Of a stretch of 64,000 nucleotides of DNA, positions 28,301 through 40,300 are shown piece after piece. The stretch spans positions 682,001-746,000 of the forward strand of contig MU053810.1 in the NCBI GenBank assembly GCA_013239625.1, given 5' to 3'. Origin of the DNA: Lama guanicoe. Lineage: Eukaryota. The notes beneath the pieces are model-generated. The model ran no database searches. It saw only the letters and a program-made list of their open reading frames with translations, and had not been told where the DNA came from. How positions within the stretch are numbered: position 1 is the stretch's first letter; every line of letters starts with the position of its first letter. A program made the translations under genes and the position numbers.

Positions 28301-31300
28301 AACGTGCTGCAGGGGGATTGGTCTGGCTCTTTCTCAGTATCCGTCTGAGGTCGTTCTGGAGGAAGAGTTAGCATTTGAACGGCTTCCTCAGGGGCCGAGG
28401 AGCGGACTGGCCTTGCCAGTGGAAGTAACTGGAACACGGTGGGGCCTTGTCAGTCTGGTTTGCTCTGCTGACAGTTCTTAGCACGTTGTATTGCAGTCAT
28501 TTCAGAGTGACACATGTTTCAGCCTATGAGCTAGCATTTTATTACGAGATTATTAGGAGATTCGTACCTGGACCAGTTATACTAATTGTATAAATTTACT
28601 GTGTTGCATATCTGAAAAACTACTTTTCATGACAAAGGCATTGGTGATTCTTTTCCTCTAAAACTACTATTTCATATTATATCCAGCATATTAACAGGGT
28701 TTCTTTCTCCAAAAGTAAATCCTCTCCTGGAGAATATGATTGCTGTTGTCCATTTGAGTGTTATTTTCAAAGGCACTTCCGATTGTGCAACCCATAGAGA
28801 CATAAGCAATTCTTTTTGTTCTTTGCACTTTGTCCCGTTACATTCTTTTCCTGTTCAGATTTCTAATTGTATAAAATGGTTATTTCAAGCAGTGTTTATT
28901 TATCTACTTACTCATTTCATTTACTGCAAATACTTTAAAATAGTTGAGTCTTAGTCTTGTTTCCCCAAAACCTTTGTGAACGGCAGTCTCTGTATAATGG
29001 GCATGAGGAAATAGTAGTTTGACACCCAGTTTGGCAGCAGCAGAGAGAGCAGTACACTTCATCCTTTATAGAGCGGAGAGTTAAAGGACTTAAAGCTCCT
29101 TTTGAGGAGTCTGTCCTTGTTTAGAACCTGGAAAGAAAAAAAACAGGTCACCATTTGCGAATGCAGCTCTAAAGATGGGGGCAGCTAGAATCAATATGCT
29201 CCCAAGTCGTCCCATTTTCCTTCTGTCTTAGAGTCTAAATATCAGAGAGAAGATATGTATGAATAAATTATATTAAATCTCTTTTCTGTTGATAAACCGT
29301 AAGATAATATAGCATCTTTGGTAGTTTTTGTTTTCAAGCACTTGCAAATTGATGATCTTTTTAATTTTACAGCAACCCAATGCTAACATAATGGGAAAGC
29401 TCTAAAAAAACATTTTCTTATTTTTTAAACCTTTTTAGTATTATTATAAGTAATAAGGTGTTCATGGTAGAAATTTTGAAAAATGCCAAGAAAACAAAAA
29501 TCTCTGATATTTCATATACAAGGATAATCATGTGTTAACATTTTGATAAATGTTCTTCTATTAAAAAGTTTTTCCCAGATGTTTGCAGTTTTATAACTGG
29601 ATTTTTTTTCTATTTAATAAAATTTTTTCCTGACATGATACATTTTTCTAAATCTTTTTTAAAAAACTGCTATATTCCTTTGTATGAATGTGTTCTGTTG
29701 TTTGACACTTAGGTTACTTCCAATTTTGCATCACTAAAAATAACGTTATGATGTTATTTTTGTGTGTATCTTGGTTTTCTCAGGATAGATAGAATTACTG
29801 GCTCTAAGACATTCTCTTTAAATTTAGGAACAAAGCCAAAATGATAATAGGCAATGTAATTTAATTCCAGTTTGGAGGCTCTAGATTATATTATAATATA
29901 AGGAACAAAAATGGGGGAATAGAAGTGGAAAAAGAAGTCATGTGAATAAATTACATTTTAAAGCAGAAGAGTGTATTTCATAAATTAGAAATAAAATCAG
30001 TAGAATAAAAGGCTCAGAATTTGCCCCAATTAAATACAAAGCAATGTAGTATATGATGAAATAGGAATCTTAATAACAGGATGAGGGCAGCAGTTTAGCA
30101 TTTCGAGGGAAGTTGATATACAGCCACATCTTACATCATCAAACTCCAGATGGAGTAAAGAGTTCAGTATTTATTGTCTGCAAGTTAAAAGTATATCTAA
30201 TCATCAAATATTTGAAGAGGTGTTAATTTTCCTAAATTTTAAAACAGTAGAAGAAAGCACACATACATAGGCCGATTTGGGTGTTTAAAACTTTTGTACA
30301 GTGGGAAAAAATAGCTAGAATTGAAGTGAAAATACTTTCTGTGCCAGGATATTTTCACTTGCATAAAGAGCACAGACCAATTGGTCATAAATAGAACACC
30401 CAATAGATAAGTGAACATGATGTAATCAAATGAGGGAGGACAGGAAGAGCTGGTATTTTTATTGAGCATTGGCTGTTTGCCAAAATTAAAGTGGAAGGTA
30501 ATGTTGCTCATATTTGACAGGTGAATTATGTAAAGCCCAAATTAAAACACCGGGTTAACCGATCGAACTAGAATTCAAAGACTGCTCTTTCTCACTATGA
30601 AGTATGTGGGGGAAATAGTCAACATTTCTAGTGAGCAGAGAAATGTAAATAAAAGCTAACTGAAAGGAAGTATGACAATTGTTACTGTGTCTGTTGTGAG
30701 TAGGAAAACCGAGGCACCAAGCAGCTCAAAATCAAGAGAACGGTAATTGATTTTGGTCTCCAAGGACACTTCATTCTGAAACACATTTTAAATATTTTAT
30801 TGTCTGGATTTTGCATGTTGTTAACCCTCTATCCTTTATGTGTACATTTTTATCTGCATTGTTTATTTCAGATTGACAGTGTCCCAGAGGTCAGCAAGTG
30901 AATGGTTTATTATACAGTTTAGCAAATGCAAAATATATAAACTGTTTTTGAAACTAACTTGCAGTGCAAATGAAAATGTGTTAGAAATAGTATGCATTTT
31001 CCTTACAAATTAGAAGTATGGCTATCAAAATAGAGCTACTTATCCATCGGAGTTCTTCCCATGATACATATTTTTAAGTGGCTATCAAAAAGGGTATAGT
31101 GATATATTAGGCCATGTGAGTTTATCAGCACTGTGGTATTTTTATTGAGAATGCTTAGATATGTACAATCCTGAGTTTAAATTTTTTACCTTTGATAATG
31201 TGAATAACAGCTCAATATTTTGCTTCTGAAAACCTGCATTAAAAAATATAGTAAGTTAATGGAGTCTCAATCTGAGATAGCAGCTTTTCTCAGTATTATT

Positions 31301-34300
31301 TTCCTTTTAAAATAGATCTCTCTGAGCTTCATTCATCTTTTCTCATTTTTTTTAAATCTCCAAACTTAAACGTACCTATTTTAATCACTCTGCGTCTGTA
31401 TTTTTGTTGGTTCTTAATTGCTTAGACTTAAGACACTAGAGTCATTTTTTGCTTTTGTTGGTTGTGTTAGTTATTCAGACTTTCTGGGCTTCAGTATACC
31501 TCATAAAAATCAAAGGGGTAAGTCACATCATCACTAAAATTTCTGTCTGCTCTAATTGTCTAAGATTCTATAAATAAACAAGTATTTACTAAACACCTAC
31601 TGTGTATTTATCAATATATGGCCTCTAGTAAGTTCTGAATATTTAAAAAGAAGTTTTGTGTCCTCAAGGGTCTTATAACCTGATGTAACATGTATTGAAA
31701 TCATCAGAAAAAGGATTACATGGTGTATCCTTAAATGTTAAGTGCTGTAATCAGTTCCCCAAGCGCTTAGGAGCAAGTAGGAGAGAAAGTAAGACTCAGT
31801 GAGTTTATGCAGGAAGTAAAACTGAAGTTGAAGATTGTATAGGATTTGAAAGTGCATAGTGAAGGATATTCTGTGTTGAGAAGTGTATTTAGCAAGATTC
31901 CAAGATTAGTGTGCTTTATGACAGGGAAGAGTCTGACCAGCTACAGGACAAGGCTTAGGCTTAGGGAGTGTGGGGGAAAGTCGGATCAGATGAGGCCATG
32001 TTATGTGCATCTTGAAAGTGGGAGAGTAGCTTGGAATTCGTGGTGACAAAGAATTGACTCGGCAGTGAAATGTGGATGAACGAGGGGAGGTGGAGGCAGG
32101 TGCTAGCTGGGGAGTTCCGTTGGGAGGAAAACGCTGTTACTGAAGGAAGGAAGAAGATCTGTGGTGACACAGCTGCTAGTCTGCCTCCTTCCCTCGGTCT
32201 TAATTTGCAGACATTCAAATTGACAGCCAAATGTGATTTCTCCATTAAAGTGACATAACGGTGTCTTTGAGTTTTTAGAGATTGTTGAAATATCATTTGA
32301 TAAAAGGTGTGACCAGGGCTTCGTTTTATTTATGTGGCTGAGGCTGCACCTTAAGTGCTGCTACTGTTTGCCTTCGTACATCTGAGACTGAGGTAAACAG
32401 TTTGAAGCTCTGAGAAAAGAAAAACTTTTTTTTTTTAGTGGTTAAGAAATGTATCAGTGCTCCTTTGTTGAAATGGTCTCCCTATGTAGTTTTTAAAATA
32501 TTTCTCAAAATAGTTTTGAATTCTGTTATTTTATTATTCTGAGAACATGGCTGTTGAGTTTTCTTACTTAATATGTACTTTAAATGACTTGGTATAATAG
32601 TCACTGTGGAAAACTTGTCGCTGTCTTTTTTTTTAATGTATTTTTCCATTTTCTCCTCAAGGCCTAGTAAATGACAAAGACTCAAAAGACTCTATGACAG
32701 AAGGAGAAAATCTTGAAGAGGATGAAGAAGAAGAAGAAGGAGGAGCTGAAACAGAAGAACAATCTGGAAATGAAAGTGAAGTCAATGAACCAGAAGAAGA
32801 GGTGATGACTTTTATTTATAGCAGATCGGTACTTTTGTACAAGTGATTCTGTGAGCCAAGGTTTTCTTTAATGTATAAAATAAGATCTCTCCCTTAGTTT
32901 TATTAGAATAAATGTAACGACTAGTATAGATCTATTATAAAACCCTGATTAAATAATTAAGAGGGTTTTTTAATAAGAAAATGCTGATCATAGGATTTTA
33001 AAAAAATTACTGTTATTATTACTGTTTTCCCCTTGGGTGGAAGGTAATTAGATTTTTTTTTTTCTTTCTTTCTTTTAACAGAGGTACTGGGGATCGAACC
33101 CAGGACCTCATGCATGCTAAGCATACCCTCTACCACTGAGCTATACCCTCCTGACCCCCAAATTACTACTATTAAAACCTTTTTTCAGAGCAGCTTTAGG
33201 TTCACTGCAAAATTGAGGGGAAGTTGCAGAGATTCCTCGTATACCGCCTGTTCCTCCTCAGTCACACAGCCTGTCCCCCATTATCAGCATCTCCCACCAG
33301 AGTGATGCATTTGTTACAGTTGATGAACCTACACTGTCATCACCCAGAATCCCTCGTTTATATTACAGTTTACTCTTGGTGGTGTACCGTGTATGGGTTT
33401 ACCTGAATGTGTATGATGACGTCTGTTCATCAGTATAGTTAGGATTTTTATTTAATAAGCAATCTGAAGGAAAAATTGATCTGCTGTGTATCTTAATACC
33501 ACTTTTGAATTTGGATTTTTAAATTTACATGTTTTATGATAAAATTACTAATTAGATATTAATCACTTTATTTTTCCCAGATCTAATGGCATATGAAATC
33601 TGAAAATCATGTACCGTAATCATTGATGAGCCCTTTTGTTTTTACAACTCTGCTAGGCCAAACCATGTGAAATGACTCTTTTATCATTTTGGACCTACCA
33701 GAAAGTCATTTTCATATGGTTCAACCTAATAGTTTTAATTCTTTCCCTTTTTCTTCTACACCTACTTAAAAGTTCCATCTAAAATAATAGTACCTAGAAT
33801 TTGCTTCATAATCTGGACGTAGGCTGGGGAGTGAGTGAGGGATATAGAAGAAACTGTAAACTGGCCCTGAGCTAATAACTGTTCAGTTGTGTAATAGGGA
33901 AGTAAGGATTCGTTATGCTGTTCTATCGACATTTATATATATATTTAAATTAGACAATTAAGAAAGTAAAAAGCAGGATGAATAAGAACAGCAATAAAAT
34001 ACTAACGAATATGAAATTTAAACCGTGGAATTAGCACTTTTTCACTTGTTTTAGTTTAAGTGTAAGCTTATAATTATGATTTTATGTGTATGGTTTTTTT
34101 TTTTGTGTTCCTTGAGTGCTTAAAGCATTTAGGAAAGTGTGATTTTAATTAAATATTGAAAAAGTTTAGATTGGTAGTCAATATTTAAATGTTTTGGTGA
34201 AATTGAATGTAACTTTTTAAGTTTTGATTTATTTGAGTAAATAGAATGTAAATAGAGAATGTGGGTTGTTTAATGTATGAAGGAATGTTAATTACTGAAC

Positions 34301-37300
34301 GCATTCATAAGATAGATTCATAAACTGGATTTTTAAAAAGCTTCATTTAGAATGAAAGAAAAATGACCCGTAATTTAAAATTTCTACAGTTAAAAGTAAA
34401 AATCCTTAAATCTTTGTTTCTTTCAGCCCTGAAGTTCTGTAGCTGTTAATGAACATTTCATGTGATTTGACTACATAGCAAATAGCATTATTGTTAATTA
34501 AAAACGAAGGATTATGGGGGAGAGGGTATAGCTCAAGTGGCAGAGTACATGCGAGATCCTGGGTTCAATCCCCAATAGTACCTCCATTAAAAAAACAAAT
34601 TAAATATAAGTAAATAAACCTAATTACCTTCCTCCCCACCCCTGCAAAAAACTAAAAAAAACCCCACAAACAAATGATTGTGTAACAGGCAACATAAACA
34701 ATAATGTATGACTTCTGTAACAGGCTAGCATTTGTAGACAGTAGAAATATATGCACTTTTATGTTATTATTTTGCTACCATTTTTTCCCAGTTTTATTGA
34801 TACGACTGATACAACATTGTATTAAAGGTGTACATATGATTTGATACATACTTTATATATATATGGATATAGAAATGACTAACATAAGTTTCGTTAACAT
34901 CCATCACCTCACATAGTTGCAAGCGCTTTTTTCTTGTGATGAGAACTTTTACTATCTACTGTTTTAGCAAATTTCAAAAATATAATACAGTATTGTCAGC
35001 ACTGTCTCTTTCCAACCGGAGAATCCCCCTAAAGTAGACAAATAAATTGGTAAGAATTTAGAACTGGAATATGTTTTTACAAATTGACTTCTGTGTAATA
35101 GAAGGACATTATTATATCCTATAAATATTTGAGTAATTGCTATGTATTGTTTTTTCCTTTAAATGCATTTTTTCCCTTCTCAAAAGTGAACTTTATAATT
35201 TTAAGATTGTATCATTTAAAACTATTTCTTACTTTTCTAATTGCAAAGTGAGTATTATACACAATACATGTGTGTTTGCTAAGTGGAAAAACAAAACGTT
35301 CAGTAGGAAGACTCATGAGCCTTGTCTGGGCGGAGAAGTGAAAGAGCCTTGTCTGGGCGGTTTAATTTAAAGGAATGAAGTTGGACTAGTTGACTCTCCC
35401 ACTGGAGACCACCGTTTCCCATGACTGCTCTCCAAATACAGAGAGGAGAAAATTCTTAGAGAGAAGATGGGTTGATGATAATGTAGTAAGAGCAGTGTAG
35501 GAAGTTCTATACTTACCTCAGCTGAGAAAGAGCAGGGCTAAAGTCCAACTCTTCAGAAACATTGTACTCTTTTATCTTGGTCCTCAACTCTTTGAAGCTC
35601 CACTTTTGAAGTTACTCTTAGCACCTGACAACTAGAATATTTTCTCCTCAGTATCAGCTGTGTAAGTTAAAGGTAGCTTTAGAGACGAAGTAAGTGTTCT
35701 TCTGCCAAAATTCTAAATTTCCACAGGATTTATACAACTTAACAGAAAATGCAAGATGTATTATTGTCAAAGCAAAATAGTTATTTATTGAGCATGATCA
35801 CTGTATTCATACTTCATTTCACATGTATTCATTTCTCTTAGCACCCTATGAGTTAGGTGAGAAATAAGGCACAGGTAGGTTAATAATTAGCCCCAGGTCC
35901 CAGCAAGCCAACATTTGAACTTGGACAGTTAGATTTGTGCTGTGCTCCCTTCCTGCTTTCCTTAGCTCAGACTGTGTGGTCCATTGACTTCCTTACCCTG
36001 CAGGTTATAATGACTGTGTGCTGTGAGGTTAGGACAATGAGATTCTTGTTCAGCATTTTAATTTCAAAAGTTAATGCATTTTATTTTGCCTAAGCAATAT
36101 AAAAAATAAAGGGTGAGGGAGAAAGTTTAATGCATTTTAGCTTAGTTTTTGAAAAGGAAGAATCTTTTAAGTGTTAAGAGAGGATTAATTTTTTCTGGGG
36201 CCAATTTAAGAGCATTTCTATTGCAAATTTAGTTTTGAATTAGTGCCTTCTTAGCACAGCAGGCAGTGCGTCAGTCTCATAATTTTGAATTATAGAGTTA
36301 TGTCAAGAAAAGTTTATGCATTTGAAAAAAAGAAGTTAATGCATTTCTGTACTTTCCCCAAGTATTTCCACTTTAGAAATTCTAAAAGTTTTCACTGTCC
36401 ATATAGTAAGTAGTAATACACTGTTTGGATTTTTGAAATTAATTGCTGTGTATAGTAAAACTATTTTAACAAATTTTTAATCATTTGTTTTCTGTTAGGA
36501 ATTATTTCTCGTTCACTTTGCTTGGCATAATGAGAAGCATCTGGGTATAGTGTAGTCTTTTTTTTTTTTTTTTTTATTTTATTGAAATTAAGTGTATAGT
36601 AAAACTATTTTAACAAATTTTTAATCATTTGTTTTCTGTTAGGAATTATTTCTCGTTCACTTTGCTTGGCATAATGAGAAGCATCTGGGTATAGTGTAGT
36701 CTTTTCTTTTTTTTTTTACTGTCTAGCTCTTCCTGACAAAGCATGTGTCGTTGGGCAAGTCACTCAACTTCTCTGAGCCTTAAGTTTTTTCACATATGAA
36801 AATGAGGTCAGTAAAGCTTACCCTTCCTTCTTCAGAATTGGGTAGAGCCAACAGAATTATGTGAGAGCACCTTCCAGACTGAGGGGCTTTGTATAGCATA
36901 GTGCTTTATAAGATGTTGTGTCATTGCCTTCAGATGGTAATGGTGTTAAATTTGAACTATTTATCACTTTTCATTGCAGGGTTAGGTGGGTATTGAAGAA
37001 CTGCTATGAGAAAACCAGTCTTGAGTTAGTTGGGGAGGGGAAAATACAAAATGTTCAGGAAAGTCATTCCTTGTGAAATTTAAGGAAGAGTTTCTACAAA
37101 GGATCTTCCTATTATTAGGTCAGTGGAAGATAGCGAAATGGGTTTTCAGCTGCTGGTGTGTAGTAAGTGGTCCCGGCTGACTTCGCCCTACTGGTCTAGG
37201 CAGACTGCATGGAAGACTGAAACTTGAGAATAATGGACAATTTATACAGAAGTTTTAACATCTTTTTAGTAACATCTTTCAAAATGTTTTAATGTTTTGA

Positions 37301-40300
37301 ATGTTGAACAATTTCAGGAGGGTTCTGATAATGACGACGATGAAGGAGAGGAAGAAGAGGAAGAGAACACAGATTACCTCACGGATTCAAACAAGGAGAA
37401 TGAAACTGATGAAGAAAATACTGTACGTATGGCTGAAAATTTGGTTTTTGAAACTGCTTCATTTTCATAGTATTTCGATTTTAGTCACAGAAGCTTTGGT
37501 TTTTGTGATTATTGAAATAATATTTCTTTGGAGATTCATTTTCAATATGTTTTCCTAAGTGCTTTTCTTTATTAACAAGTTCTTTGAATATTTAATAATG
37601 TTCTATATTTTGTTCATTCATTGCTTGAGTTATGTTGAACAAGTTATCAATACAGAAGGCTCTGCCGTACAGAACACTATTAAAGTTAGAATTCTGGTCT
37701 GAATTCTCGTTTCTGTTTTGTTTTAATAAGGAGGTAATGATTAAAGGAGGTGGACTTAAACATGTACCTTGTGTAGAAGATGAGGACTTCATTCAAGCTC
37801 TGGATAAAATGATGCTAGAAAATCTTCAGGTATTAAATGTTGCTCTGTTCCAAAGTACTCAGTACAAAATATTGCCGCACATTTGATTCTGGTTAGAGGG
37901 TCTCTACTATCTAAGTATTTGCCTCTGTGGCAGCTTTTTCCTGATTCAGACACTTTGCAGTTGCCAGTGCTTCTTGCGTCCCACACCTTGATGTGCATGT
38001 TTCTTTAAACTAGAGTGAGGGAAAAATGTAGTAAGTTTAAGACTTGAAACAGAGTAATTTCAATGTATCAGCCTCCACCTTTTCTTTCTCAGGTCATATC
38101 CTGTTTCTAAGACCCCTTACTTGCAGTTTGTTTACAAGTCAAACTACAGAAGATAAATATTTGGGGAAATTTAATTTGGTAAATTTTTAAGCTTGGTTTA
38201 TAATTTGAATAACTTGTACATAAATTCTCGAGGATGATTGGTTATGTGATGTTTAAAAAATGTTGCTTAATGGTTCCTGATACTAAGATACTAGATTTTA
38301 TAAAAAGCCCCATCTTCCCAGTGATTCAGTAATCACATTTTATTATAGTTAAAACTAAAATTCCGTGGGCTGCGTACTTCTGCCCCGTACATAGCTGCTG
38401 TTACGCCCTGTGGTGACTGGAGAAGAGTGCCTTTGCTGGAACGGTGGGCAAAAGCCCCACGGAGGGGCTCAGTGGTGAACTGCGGACAGGGGGGAAGTGA
38501 AAACGCCAGACACAGGTTGAGCTGACTCTTGAGAAGTTTTGCTAGAAAGGGAAGAGAAATGAGGTGCAGCTAGAGAAGTCATAGTGAAGACTGGAGGGTT
38601 GTTTTTAAGGTAGAACCTAGGTATTATGGTGTATATGCCAGTGGAGTAATTCTTCGGAGAAGAAATACTGGATTTTACTGTCATTGATGCTACCAAGGCC
38701 AAAAGCTGTGATAATGTACAGATTAGCATTACAGATGTATTAGGCCAATTTGCATCTTCCTCCATACGTGAAAATTTCTTCATACATCTAGAAAGCTCTT
38801 AATTTATGAAATAAATCTTATCATTCAGGAGCACAAGTCATCAAATAAAACATGATCATTGTAATCCCTTTGAAGAGGTAATAAACCGTTTACTTCTTAA
38901 AGAACTGTTTCCTGTCAGAGGAGAGTCCAAAATAGACCTAGAACATGGCAGTTTCATCATGATGAAGTTAACACTTCAAATCAGTTGAGGGAAACTGCAT
39001 TATTCAACAAATGCCCAATGAAAATAAAACTGGATTTCTGTTTTATTTCCACACCAGAATAAATTGCAAATCTATCAGAGAATCTTAGGAACTGTGAAGA
39101 CCGTTGAGCCCGGCATTAAGCCTTTACCATTTCTCTTCACACAGTGCCGTCTCATGCCGTTGGTATTCCCATGTTGCAGTTAAAGAAGCAGGCCTGCAAA
39201 GACAAAAAACTTGCCCAAGGTGGAAGGCTAGCGAGGGGTGCAGTCTCTTATCAACCATTTGTTACATTGCTATCCAGCACAGAACGCCATAAAAACCTTA
39301 TAGAAATAACAAGCCAGGAAAAAAGTACCTGCAGCCTACACAGCACAGAGTTAAATACCTGTACTGTACCACAGAGATCTTACACACTAAGGAGAAAGAT
39401 GAATGACTCAGTTTGTTGCTGTTGGACAGAGCGATCACAGCCTGCTAACATGCACTGAGAAGCAAACAGCTGGGCCTTTATCAAATCGTCAGATCTTCAG
39501 GTTTAAAAATGGCAGTACCCTTTGTGGTTAAGTGTGGGTAAACATACAGGTTTTGTAAAAGTAAACCAGTGCAGCCTTTTTTAGGGAGGAATTTAGGAAG
39601 CCTGTCAGATGGGCTGCCATTTGATTAAAAACGCACCCTTAATAATACTCCGTCAAGTGCATGGAGTTAAATATATCACAGAGCTGTTACCTTGTAGTAG
39701 AAAAAAGCTGTCTGTGGATAGAGGAGCAATTCAATAAATAAGGACACACCGTTGTAATTAGCTCTGTATATTGTGAACTAGATTCCCAGGATACACAAAA
39801 AGAAGAAAAGCTTGTATGTTTAGTATAGAACAGTGTGCATCGTGGCTGCTCGTATTTGTATGTGTATATTGAATATGTTTATATGTGAATATATGCAAGA
39901 CAGTCTGAAAGGAGGTGACCCACTGTTAATAGTTGTTGCATCTTGGAGTCGGCAGAGGGAGGCAGCTGGAGGGATTGATATGGACACACTTAATAGTATA
40001 TTTTTGTATTAAAATCATTTTTGAAAATAATGTTAATTTGTAATCAGAAAGATAATTTACAAATCAAGATTTGTTTAACATGATTCTTTCAAATTTTAAG
40101 CAAAATGTCTTAGTAAATCTTATGAACCTGGGAGAACTTCAGGTAAATTCTAGCAAGTTGGAACTGAGAAATCAAAAACAATAAAACCTTACACTTTTAT
40201 TACCATTTTGCTTGATTTGCAAGACTCGCAAATATGGAACCTATATCAAAAGACTGTTTAAATAGTAGTAAAGCAGTTTTAACACCTGCATGGCCTTTCA

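Noticed and set aside
16941..36705. Short direct repeats as a CRISPR-like array or prokaryotic system
   Set aside because: Only isolated two-copy duplications in clearly mammalian intronic DNA; no repeat-spacer array or cas genes.
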